A stretch of 64,000 nucleotides of DNA from Phoronis australis. Taxonomy: Eukaryota > Animalia > Phoronida. Shown here piece by piece: positions 52,731 to 64,000 of the stretch. Location of the stretch: the NCBI GenBank assembly GCA_002633005.1, contig NMRA01000383.1, forward strand, positions 260,951-324,950, in the 5' to 3' direction. The notes beneath the pieces are model-generated. The model made no database searches, was not told where the DNA came from, and was given only the letters and a program-made list of their open reading frames with translations. The position numbers and the translations under genes are program-made. The stretch's first letter is position 1. Each line of letters starts with the position of its first letter.

Positions 52731-55009
52731 CCTTAAAAGCGCACCGTTTGCGATGCATTCGTGGGCGCATTTCAACACTCTGTGTTGCTCTGGTATGAAC
52801 ACTAAATGCAGCGTCTGATAATTTCAGATATGAGATGAATGCCAAAGGCGCTCATGTCCCATTCTTCAATAGAGACCCTGATTTCTGTTTTCAAAAAAGG
52901 GAAATCCATTTTAGCATAATGAAAAATATGTTTTCCATGTAAATTATCAAAGTTCGTTTTATTATCTCAAAGGAACGAATGAGCTGTATTTTACTGATAA
53001 TTTTTTGCACATAATTTTTATTATTTCTAAAATCTCAAAATTCTAATCACCACCTGTAGAGAGAATGGACTACTTGACTATGTCCACTTCAAAACAGTCG
53101 TTGGCCAGAATATGTTGAATTTGATTGATTGTATTCTTCGTTATGGTAATTAAAAGTCAAGAATATTTAGAATTAAGGTATCTGGTACTGAAGTATGGAA
53201 TTTTTGCGTGTAATCTGTATTTCTGTGATAGAAATTAGATGCTGTTAATTCTGCTGTTTTTTAGTTGAATCATGGAAAACTAGTCTCTACTTCAGAAGAA
53301 AATTCAATTTCGGCATATATTTTATTGTGCAAAATTTAAAGCCTGTACCAAACTGGAGAGTTATTACTGTATATAGTACTCTGTTGCATATTACATTGAA
53401 CTTAACATATTGCTTCTGTTGTTCAACAAGTCAACTACTTGAAGGATAAAACTTTCTACAAAGTTCAACTGCAGGTCCATTATTGATCATTTATATAACC
53501 AGTTATTTGACCTTTTTGCTCAAGGGTAAAATGAATCCATTTTGTTTCCTGTCACTCGATCACCTGTGATATAACTATATGCTTGACTTCAGCAAACCAT
53601 TTTGTCTGTAGTCTGAGCAAATGAATGTTTTTTCATTGGTTAAAGTGAAATTATAGGCTTTATTTGCAGTAAAACTTACGGCCCTGCAACAAAAAATGAA
53701 AAACCTATTAAATATTTTACTAACCTACAAATCCATCCCAGGAAAGGTCAAGGTCAGGTGAGGGAAAATGACGGTCTTACAAACATGGTTTTTGGCCTGT
53801 TGTTTAAAAGTACAAGATACAGCCAAAACTATCAGTTTGCTTTTCATGAATTTAGCTGAAATTACCAATTCTTGCTGTTGTTTGCCATTTGCTAAAATCC
53901 AGGGTGGAAACTTCACCAATTAAAGGCGCTTAAAATTCTCTGCCATTTATCTAAGGATTAAGCTCCACCACAAGAGTTTGGCAGTATGATTGCTGAGCTT
54001 CTGTGGGTTTGATTCTGCGTTTAGTCGAGCAGAAAATCACTTTTTTCCCTGATGATGTCACTTCAATAGATGCATTTTCTAGCAAAAAGTGTGTAAAGAC
54101 CCGTATACTATTCCGTTGATAAATGACTAGAATCTACTACACATAATGGTCAGATGAATGAATTTCTAGCTCAGATTTTTTGTGCCAGCATACACACGTG
54201 GGTGCATATTGCCATCAACAATGCCAGTGTGTCCTGTGACTGGCGTCTACCTCTGTTTCTCTGCCTTGCAGGACCTTGATGAGATTTGGCCAATGAAAGA
54301 CGAGTTTTTAACAGCTCCAGCAACCGAGGTTCCCCTAATGACAATTTTAATTTGCCTCGGTGTCTTCAGATTTCTTTGATTGCTTTGTATTAAGGATACG
54401 ACAACCCACTTCCATTTTAGGACAGATTAGACATTCTACACCACCTGGTGGCCATTTTTATTATTTTCTAGTCTCAAACCACCAAAAGTGCTCAAAGAAA
54501 GTGCTTAACACCACCATTTACCTTGTTTTGACAAGTGAATATTTTCAGTATCATTAAACCTTCCATTATAGCACTACATATCACGACCCATTTACCGTTG
54601 ATTCAATATCTCAAAAATGAGAAAATGGAAGAGCTTACCCAGTGCCAGAGTGTCATGTCCACCATTACACTAATTTCTTGAATAAGCTTGTGCCTTATCC
54701 ACGCTTTTTTGATATTCTATGGGAAATTGAAGAGGGCCACAGCGTGTTCAAATACGCAGTAGTAACCGCAGCCATAACAGCCTTGCCTACCTTTGTTATA
54801 CCATAAACCATGGGTAAACGAGCAGCAATATCTTATGACTTTTCACACTAGGCACAATGGAGGATGGCTAGTGCTGCGATTGATTGTCCCAATTTTATAT
54901 TGTATCTGTTGGCTAATAAATGCTCACAACGAGATATAAGCTAATTAAGGTATCGTCAGATATTTTGAACGGGCGTTCTAATTTGACTGGGGTTGTTTTC
55001 TTTGTATTT

Positions 55010-55445
55010 TTGATATGAAATTGGCAAATCCTTACCTACAGACATGTACCAACACGATTGATGTTGAGTTTTGGATGGGTCCAACACCTGTAGCTCCCCT
55101 AGTGGCAGTTTTTTTGCATCCACAGCTGTAACTTCCTTTAGCCCTTACAAGTGTAACCATGTAAGCGCTGTAACCGATGGCAACTTCTTTCAGATGGACC
55201 CAAGTCCTGCTTCTATATCTATGTAGTTCCTGCATGGATTTTCATGAAATTTGACGTAGGTTTCTAATGGAGAAACAGTCATGAGATTTTCCTGTTTTCG
55301 GACGGGTTTGACTTATTTGCGTCACGCCCAAATATAGGACAATTGTTGGACTTCATATTTTTGTAATAAACATTAAAAATACATATGTATTTTGTGTCAC
55401 CTAGTGGCCATTTTTATGACACCAATATGCAGCCCTACAGGCTTA
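55010..55445 (+). repeat. HINE-like tandem core units
   Basis: GAAATTTG/CTAGTGGC motifs shared with 62132-64000. Confidence 0.5.
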
Positions 55446-55765
55446 CTGTGTGTGGTGCAGCCAGGGGCACACTTCAATGGTTTGCACTGGCCTTGTTATT
55501 GAAATTTGTTGACCAGATAAATGCCTTTCTGTGTTTAGGCTGTGAGCCATAGCTACGATCATTATAACTATGAAGAGGTCAATTTTGGCTGTTCTTTTGT
55601 TGGAAATTGGTGAGACTCTGGCATATGCCACAAGCTCAGCATGACTAAGCTGGACGACAAATCACCTTGTGGGGTTGATTAATATTTTCTTAATTACGTT
55701 TGATAGATTTTATGTTCGTGTGTATGTCCACTTGTTCGATTATTGAGTCCCGTCTTTACTTGTAG

Positions 55766-56217
55766 CTGTAAGAACAGACCGAATGCGTGGTGGTCGCAAC
55801 AAGTTTGGTCCTGTCTATAAGCGTGACCGTGCCATGAAACTGCAGGCAGTTCACAAATACAGCCCTGACGTGTCGCGGGGACAACATGTGCCACCTGGTG
55901 ACAGCAGCAGAAGTTGCGATGACGACCACAAAGATATATTCCGTCCCATGTGTAAGCCAGACACACAACCTGAAGTCAACACAGCTCTGCTGGGTCATGC
56001 CCGTAGTGCACGTGTGCTGCCCCCTATTATCAAAGACCTGATTGATAATGAGATTGACACCAACCAGTTGGTGATGTTTGTCCAATGCCAGCTGGAGAGT
56101 CACAGCAGGGTTACTACAAACTTTGAGCTGCAGTCCTTATTTTGCCTGACCCTCAACCAAATGTTGCTAACACTCGTGGAATGGTTGCGATCCGCGCTCT
56201 ACTTCAAAGACATCAGT
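55766..56217 (+). CDS. ftz-f1: FTZ-F1/NR5A coding exon 4 (FTZ-F1 box, hinge, LBD H1-H3)
   Basis: tgtag| [27 protein letters not shown] ... [15 protein letters not shown] |gtaagc. Confidence 0.97.
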
Positions 56218-56450
56218 GTAAGCATACCTTCCGTTCTCCTATTGGCTGAAACGCAGTGTGTGAAACTGCTATGAAGTAATGTCGACTGGCAAGGTGTGGT
56301 ATATTTTAACTGTTCATTCTTGCCGCCCGGATGTCAGATGATGTTGTTTGTGATCTGACCAATCACAGGCTGCACAAATGATAATGATGGCGATACATCA
56401 AAGTTGGGAAAAACACCAATCTAATAAGAGATGAAAAATGCAAGAGAAAA

Positions 56451-56538
56451 GATATAATGTGCCTGCATTTTGAGAACCAGTTTGATGCCAGTTACTCAGT
56501 GGAGAAAACTGGTTCTCAAAATCGGGCTCGTTGTATCA
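56451..56538. repeat. About 90-bp hairpin mini-element, copy 2
   Basis: ATTTTGAGAACCAGTTT...AAACTGGTTCTCAAAAT perfect 17-bp arms with extended imperfect arms. Confidence 0.75.
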
Positions 56539-56853
56539 GACCATTACCAAAACAAGCATGGTCCGCTCCTGGAGACATATCAGGCCTATCTGTCTGATAG
56601 AGTGGAAACCACTTAATGTCATACCTGTGGGTTTGCCGTAAATTATCATAAAAAGCAGGATTATCCAGTAAGTGGGTTTTGACAGTGCTGTGACCGTAAC
56701 CACAGCTAATCGAGCTAAGTGGAGAGTTTCCGAGTAAGACAGTCATGTAAACAGGAAGCAACTGATTTATACCCCTGGCGCGGAGATCCGAGAGGGCAAA
56801 TGAACTGATTAGTTTTAACATAGAAATACAAATTGTACCCATGCTGGTAAGCA

Positions 56854-57079
56854 AAAAAATTGCAGGCGGTCTGATACACGTTGTACCAGACGTGTGCATT
56901 CCTCGCATGTGGGCCCATTGCACTGATCACCTGGAAATATTTTTATACTTTATGGTTAAAACCGAGCTGAGGAGCTAGAAACCTGGCTCAAGGGTTTAGC
57001 AGTGTGACCTGGTGGGACTTGAACCCACGACCTCAAGTAAAAATTTGGGCACTTATCAACCAGGCCACACTGCCTCCTC
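56854..57079 (-). mobile_element. tRNA-derived SINE, copy 2
   Basis: Same family as 33015-33260; TSD TGCTG(G/A)TAAGCA. Confidence 0.9.
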
Positions 57080-57341
57080 TGCTGATAAGCAGGTGAGAAT
57101 TAATTTTACCGATTTTTTAATGACAATATTGGCAAATATGACAATAAGTCATGACATTATGCAGGTTACTTTACATGGGTTTTTTGGGAAACGATTCGTT
57201 TTTTGATATTTCATGACAATAACCAGAATATGCTATTATCCTATATAACATTAAGTGGACTCTGCTCTGGTATTAGTATCAACATCAGTTTTCTACTGGT
57301 AAGCCCAGTTGGCAAAGGCGACGGGATGACGATAATAGTCT

Positions 57342-57429
57342 GATATAACGTGCCCTCATTTTGAAAACCAGTCGATGCCTGTTATTGAGTGGAGAAAATT
57401 GGTTTTCAATATGCGGGCATATCATATCA
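57342..57429. repeat. About 90-bp hairpin mini-element, copy 3
   Basis: Diverged homolog of 56451-56538. Confidence 0.65.
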
Positions 57430-57937
57430 GCCTATTGCCGATTAGGTATAACAATCCTAAAGACTTTTTGTTGATGAGATAAAGCCGTTTAGAGCCCAGG
57501 ATTTCCTACAGCCACACTATCGAAATCCACATCTCGGAGAAAGTACGCCAGTGACTAAACAGTAAACTCTCTTTTTACGAAAACTTAATCTTGTGGTCTG
57601 TCTCATGAAAAGTGACTTGTGTCTGGAATTTTGACTTCCAGTCCCAGTTCACTTCTTTGGAAGTATGTGGTGGGCGATTTTGTTTGCATATATTGTACCA
57701 CTACAGTACATGCCAGAAGTATTCAGACAAAATATGATGGCAAGGCAGAAGCCAAATTTACTGTCAGGTCTTTCTCGTTACCTAGAATGAAGGAATATTC
57801 TCGGGAATGTTAGTAAGATGGCATTATGTAATTGATAGTTTTGCTGACACGATAATTTTTACTGTCAACAGAATGTATGTAGCTGTCATGACAGAGACTA
57901 CTTTTGTCTTGTACCGTAGTGATTGTCTCCCCTGTAG

Positions 57938-58045
57938 GTGGATGACCAGATGAAAATTCTTCAGTCGACCTGGTCAGAGCTGGCCATAATGGAGATTCTG
58001 TACTCCTTCCTGGATGAGGAGTCATGGAGCTGGGTGTTCCTGAGG
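57938..58045 (+). CDS. ftz-f1: FTZ-F1/NR5A coding exon 5 (LBD H4-H5)
   Basis: cctgtag| VDDQMKILQSTWSELAIMEILYSFLDEESWSWVFLR |gtatgt; phase 0/0. Confidence 0.92.
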
Positions 58046-58059
58046 GTATGTACGGTAAA

Positions 58060-58655
58060 GGCGGTGCTGGTGGTTGTGGTGATGATGGTGTCAGTGATGG
58101 CAATGATGATAATGGTGATGGTAGCGATTGTTATGATGACAGTGGCGGTGATAGTGATGGTGATGGTGGTAGCAGTAGTGGGGTGAAAGTGTCTGAGATG
58201 GCAGTGCTGGTGGTAATGGTGATTACGGTGATGGTGATAGTGGTGGTGATAACGTAGAAGTGATAGTGGTGATTTTTTCTTAAATATGAGTGCACCCCCA
58301 GAAAGTGTTTTCGCATTACATACAGATTCTCATTCATTCCCTTGCATACACTCACTAGTAAGACCAAAGCTCAGAGGAGTAGGAGACACTTTTGTACAAT
58401 GCTCAGTTGTCAGCCCGTAAAGCCAGGATTTGAACACGGGTCTCACTGGTGCTCAAACCACTGAGCCACACTGTATCCTGTGGTGATGGCGATGGTTGTG
58501 GTGATGACGGCGGCAGTGATGGTGGTGGTAATGATGGTGGTGGTGGTGATGGTAGGCAGTAATAGTGAGGGTGTTACCTAGTGGTGGTGGTGGTGGGGGT
58601 TGCAGTGATGATGATGGTGGTGGTGGTGGTTGTGGGGGTTGTGGTGGTGGCGCCA
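58060..58655. repeat. Compound (GGT/GAT)n microsatellite, split by a SINE
   Basis: Degenerate GGT/GAT triplets at 58060-58272 and 58478-58655. Confidence 0.9.
58290..58474 (-). mobile_element. Second tRNA-derived SINE family
   Basis: Minus-strand A-box TGGCTCAGTGG (58458-58468) and B-box GTTCAAATCC (58426-58435). Confidence 0.65.
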
Positions 58656-59482
58656 GCATTAGAGCTATGACATTGAGTGCGAACTCCAAGTCTTGTGTTT
58701 TGTAGCTGGAATTTAGGGGTCATCATGTGCAAACATAAACTGGAAACTTTTTTGCAAACCATAATGTATTCCAGTATTGGATAAAAGATGATCTATTTTT
58801 AGTTTGCAAAGACTGTTGTAAATTGGAAAAGTTCAACAATTTCTATTACAAAATGTACAGCCTTGGCTTTTGCTGAGTTACATGTGATAGCGATACAGAA
58901 GTATACCAATCGTTGCTATCTCATTCAATGTCTACGTCTTATCTCTGCCACGTGCACTCGCTTTGTGTAGGAGCAAGTGATATACGAAGTTTATCCTTCC
59001 AAGTGATGACCTTGTGAAAATTTTGCGCAGCACTACCTGTCAAGTAATCAGGCGTGATTATGCCAAATTTTTGTAACCTTGAGAACAGGAAATGTGACAA
59101 GTGTTTTCGTAACTTTACCAGGTTACCTGAAAAGTGTGCTTACCGCAGTATGAAAAACAAAGTCATTATTACTAAAACAATGAAAAGTAATTGCAATGAA
59201 TTTTACTAACCTAGTACCAGTCTCGGAGGAGAGAGGATACGGTGAGGGGAAACAAAAAATAGATTAATGATGGAAACTAGTCCTTATTTCTGGCTTTGTT
59301 GGAGTGATAACTCTTACTTTTACCATAGCTTTGTATGGTAGTGATACCTAAGTATGTACTGTAGCTGTGTATTGTAGTGACACCTAGCGTGTACCATAGC
59401 TGTCTATGGTAGTGACACCTATGTACCAATCATTTTTTATTTCTGTTGTTCACTGAGTTCCGCTCTCTCATGTCTGTTACAG

Positions 59483-59642
59483 TTATGTGCTTGCAAGAGT
59501 GATAATGACGCTCAACAGGTGGAGCCCAGCTTTGTCAGTAATATTGTGTCAGACGTCAGCAAACTGGTGCCGAAACTTCATATGCTGCAGTTTGACAATG
59601 TGGACTACTCGTGCATGAAGTATTTGATTGTGTTGAATCCTG
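59483..59642 (+). CDS. ftz-f1: FTZ-F1/NR5A coding exon 6 (LBD H7-H8); not in the ORF track
   Basis: ttacag| LCACKSDNDAQQVEPSFVSNIVSDVSKLVPKLHMLQFDNVDYSCMKYLIVLNP G|gtgagt; matches the FTZ-F1 pattern LxFDxxDYxCMKxLIxLNP. Confidence 0.92.
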
Positions 59643-62131
59643 GTGAGTAAGCCAGGCTTAGTTTGGTCTAGGCTACCGTAAATCTTTGGACTGTGTCTAG
59701 TAACTGAATGCCAATATGTCAAAAAATTTTTAAAGTTTACTACTTCGTGACGGTAAACAATTCTCCTATTTGGGACAGAAAAAATTAATTATTTTGCTTA
59801 AGGTCGATCGCATGTCCCAAATTCAAGAAATAAGCAATATTGGCCATCCCAGTTTCCAGAATCGAGAATATTCTATTTCTGCGTGATTTTCTGTGTCCCA
59901 AATCCTAGAGCCTCTGTCAAACTGGAGAATGCTTACCATATTAATGTGTCAGATGGCAATGAGTGATTCTGGTCTTCTTGATTGTGGGTCAGTCAAAATA
60001 CAGTCCTCTACGCTGTTGATTGAGTCCGCATTTGGAATTATTTTGTCTTGTTCGAACCTGCATTAGAACCTTAGATGCTTGGTTCCCATACCACTCATAT
60101 CCATCCAAAATGTCTGATTCGTCCGACAAGTCCGTCTGTGACGTACAATCAGCGGAGTCAAACATTGTCTGATAAGGAAGACAAATTGTTAATTTTCAAC
60201 ACTGAAATTGATATTCTTTAAAAATCTATAGGATATTTATGGTATAGTTTTACTCATCAATATCATCTTAATTTTATTATCTTCTCTGGAATCTTAGACT
60301 GGATTTTAAATTGTGTAGTTTATACCGCAACCTGGAATATAAGGTCATAGACTTAAGGTAGAGTATGGCCTAATACTCGAATATAAGGCCAATTTGGCCT
60401 TATAGCATGGGTCATTTGCATTTTCAAGTGCTCTGTACCCAGACAGAAAGTGTTCAGTGTTCGCCATTTTGGAATTCACTACACATTTTTTTATATTTAT
60501 TCAGTATTAAATTTGTATAAAATGCTTTTTGGAGAAGTGATATTCTGTGATATAAGCCTTCACCTAACATTTTGGTCGTGACTTGTTACTGTAGCAGAAA
60601 CAAAAAAACAGCCTTATATCCAATCGGTTTGGCCTTATTTCGAATATAAAGCCATTGCCGTATTGTATGGGTCATTCGCATTTTTAAGGTTTCTGAAAAA
60701 AAAAACGCATTATTTTGGCTATTAAAGACCACGTTCTTATAATCCAGGTACCACGGTAAGCACCACCTGAAACTTGTGCTAGGATCAAAAACACATTCCA
60801 CCAAATCCCCCCATCATCACCTCAGTACGTTGATATCAAAAAACATGCCGTTGACATCAGACACCGTCTAAGCTGAAGGAATTCCCCCATTATTGTGACT
60901 GATGCCGTAGGCAACAAAGAATACACATGGACTAATGAAAATTTTGTCTCTTCCTGATCTGACATGATAAGATTCTACTAAGCTGTCTGTTTATAGAACA
61001 TGATGCTGGTGAGCTGTCTCATTGGTTTGAGGTTTGTGTATGTAACCTCTTAATTATACTTTAGGGGTGCATTACCTTGCTGCCACTCTATTAAATAGAG
61101 GTCTGGTTCCCTCTTAATTCTTTGCACGATTCAAACCTATCCTTTACAGGAGACCAGCGTAAAACCTCAGTCAGTGGGTACCTACCACTGCTGTAAATTC
61201 CAATTATATAATAGAGCCACTAGCTGGTATTGGGGACTGGGCAGTTATTAATTTCAACACTAAATGTTGTGTTTATTTGTGATACTGGCTTTAGTGTTGC
61301 ATCACTTTTCCTGATGGCTATTTATGTCCGTTGCAAGCATAACTAGGTACACAACGTACTGCTTTAATTGTGAGAAATTCCTAAGTTGTGTTTCAACATG
61401 TCGTACTTCTTGTAGTTTTGAATATCTCTCGGGAAAACGCATAGTTTTTACTTGTTCCTTCATGCTCTGTCTAAATATGGCGAAAATAAGTTCCATACAT
61501 GTAAAATAAAGGGTAGAAAGTCGTGCGTGGAAAATTTCATAAATAGCTGGAAAAAAACAATCGTTTTTTAATTTTCATTGGTTCTTATCATTAATTCATG
61601 TGTTCAATTTTGTTTGGCTGGAGTAGTAAGCAAGGATTAGTATGGTTAGAATTCTCCATGTTTCTTACAGTCTCTGAAATTTGGGACTTAGGAAATTAAT
61701 TCAAAATTAATTGTACTTGATTCTGATGATTGGGACGTGGCTAGTTTTAGCGTTCATTATCTTTCTCGAGTATCGGAAACTGTATTTTATTATGACAGTC
61801 TGAGTTAAAATTGTGGAAAATAGCTGTAAAAGACGCAATTTTTTACTAAACGAGGGTTTTACCATAGTGCCAAATGAATATACCTTCTGTGAAGAAAATA
61901 ATTCGTGCAAAGTGGTACCTATTCCCTGGAAAATTAGTGACAGTATGAGTGGGAGTGTTGCCATGGTACCGTTTTTTACACTCTGGTATTGATTGCTGTC
62001 TCTGGCATATTATATAAGTGATTTTTCTGTTCTGAACTGGAGGACATTAACACCTGCGCTCAGTGGACTGGACGCAGGTGTGTTCTGAATACTGCCTGTC
62101 AGAGCTAATGATTACCTGAGGTTCCAACTAA

Positions 62132-62800
62132 TTTTTATGCGCCCACATTTTATATGTGGTCGCATATTGCCGTCATCTCTGTCTGAGCGTGCGGAGTCCG
62201 CAGCTGTATCTCCTATTTAACCCCTTGCAGGATCGTATTGAAATTTGGCAGGTGTGTTCCTGGTGTTTTGGGGTCTACTAGAGAGGGCGACGTTGACTTT
62301 GACTACTGTGGCGCCTCCTAGTGGCAGTTTTGTTTGTTTTTGCGCCCATGGCTGTATCTCCTAAACGTTCTACAGTATCTTTATTGAATTTAGCTAATGA
62401 ATTTATATGAATTTGACAACAGACGACGACGACTTTCGGACAGATCGGTGTACCGGTGTGCCCCTTAGTGGCAATTTTAGTTTTTTTACGTTTATCGCTG
62501 TATCTTCAAAGGTACTCAACAGATTTCCATAAAATTTGGCACATAGATATCCATTAGTGAGTTGACGCTAGCCATTCATTTTTGGATTGATTCAAGTTTT
62601 TTTTCGCCACCTAGTGGCCATTTTTGTTGTTTTTGAGTGTGTTTTGTGGCGTTCGTCCCTTTGTCAACCAAACCACTCTAAGGATGATAGTGAAAGTTGG
62701 CATGTATGTACTTTCTATGAAAGGGACTGTTGCCGATGATTTTCTGATGACTGACCAAACCTTGATATCAAGCCTAACCTTTGAAACATATTGAAAAATG
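62132..62800 (+). mobile_element. HINE/DINE-1-like element with ~147-bp tandem core repeats
   Basis: T-run plus palindrome TATGCGCCCACAT..ATGTGGTCGCATA, a GTCT-like segment, and a core motif at 62311, 62459 and 62605. Confidence 0.65.
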
Positions 62801-63027
62801 TCATGAATATCATTATTTTTGTACCCTACAGAAAAAAAAAATAATTGGTTCTAGTGTGTAACCGACTTGAAAAAATGCCTGCCAGCATTAGTTTTAGCCT
62901 AAGTGTGGTGCTTTTTTGAAAGCTGCACAAAAGCATGTAGGCAAAGTTTTAAACAAGATTTGAAATACCAGGATTTGTCAATCGATGAGTAAAAAGCAAA
63001 TCTATATATTACTTTTGCATGTCAGAA

Positions 63028-64000
63028 TTTTTTATTCGCCTACATTTATATAATGTGGATGCACATTGTCGCCATCTGTGGCTGGTCATCTGATGTCCAC
63101 TACAGTATCTCCTCAACCCCTTGTGGGCTCTTATTGATATGTGACATATTTGTTGTTATGAACCAGACAACAGACGAGGAGTTGGAGACCCACTACTACT
63201 GTGTCCCATGTTTGGATGGCTCTAAGGTATTCTGCGCCATTTTGTAGTAGTCTTGGCATCCACCTCTTTATCTATGAAACCACTTGAAGGTCAATATGAA
63301 AATTGGCAGATGTGGCCGATGAGAGGATTATGGTTGGATTTGGTTTTTGAGTGTGTTTGGCTACTCTGGCGTCCGCTAGTTGCTATTTTGTTTTTGCGTC
63401 TGCGGCTGTATCTTAAACCCTCAACCATGTGAAAAAATTTGGTAGATGTACTCCCTCCGGAGGTGACAACAGTTGATGAGCTACAATCCTGGGTCCGACT
63501 TCCACTGTGTCCTTTAATGTCAAATTTAGTTTTCCTATGTTTATCGCTGTATCTTCAGAGTTTATTTTTGGATTTTCATCAAATTTGGCTAATTAGTTTC
63601 TATTATTGTAAGAAGACAATGGTGCGTTCCCGTTTTCAGCTAGATTTAAGGTGTTCTGTGCCACTTGAGTTGTCAGGTTTATTATTAAAAGTCCATTTTT
63701 TAGCCAAACCACTCAAAGGATCATTATGAAACTTAGCAGAAATGTCCCTGATATGAGGGCCATAGGTGATTTTCGTGCGGGTCTGACTACATTGGCGTAC
63801 CCTAGTGGTGATTTTGTCTTTTTGGGATCCTCATCTGTATCTCCGTAACCCTTTGCAGGCTCTATGTTTTGCAGTTAATATTACATCTATCTTCAACTTT
63901 TCAGCAACTCTGACTATTGTTATGTCCCCTAATTTGCAATTTTAGTTTTTATGTTTGTCCCTGTCATAATCTTCAGAGTTGCTTGGGGTTGTTATTTGTG
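63028..64000 (+). mobile_element. HINE/DINE-1-like element, diverged copy running off the window
   Basis: Same head and repeated GCTGTATCT/GAAA.TTGGCA units. Confidence 0.6.

Noticed and set aside
55888-55904. CTCF-like motif inside exon 4
   Set aside because: A single hit constrained by coding sequence and not in the repeat context.
57810-58762. His/Pro/Thr/Val-rich ORFs
   Set aside because: Translations of the (GGT/GAT)n microsatellite; only 57938-58045 is exon.
61302-61496. Minus-strand ORF KEQVKTMRFPERYSKL resembling nuclear-receptor helix 9-10
   Set aside because: Wrong strand for the NR5A gene, weak similarity and no AF-2 motif.
62040-62130. Candidate final NR5A exon (LPEV-like)
   Set aside because: In-frame stops immediately upstream and no suitable phase-1 acceptor; the last exon is probably beyond 64000.

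Overview
Repeat-rich, AT-rich invertebrate genomic DNA, probably protostome; spliced gene and no prokaryotic features. The only intact host gene I can support is an FTZ-F1/NR5A nuclear receptor on the + strand. It has six phase-compatible coding exons from about 24935 to 59642 (600 codons), and its final LBD exon appears to lie beyond the window. The rest is transposon debris: a Ty1/copia element, a deleted BEL/Pao element, L1- and CR1/L2-type LINE fragments, tRNA-derived SINEs, and CACTA-, hAT-, Kolobok-, pogo- and Helentron-like non-autonomous elements, plus a decayed PIN/XPG-like + CXC ORF. There is a 372-N gap at 23880-24251. The most striking feature is the broken 3' end of the copia element in NR5A intron 1. 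RNase H is joined to a foreign 29-nt segment, then a DNA copy of mature CCA-bearing initiator tRNA-Met with a mismatch exactly at m1A58, then a 26-bp snap-back inversion. This looks like a fossilised reverse-transcription intermediate. A second signal is a set of co-oriented CTCF-consensus motifs carried by a Helentron-like repeat in the NR5A introns. All comparisons to reference sequences are from memory and need confirming by search.
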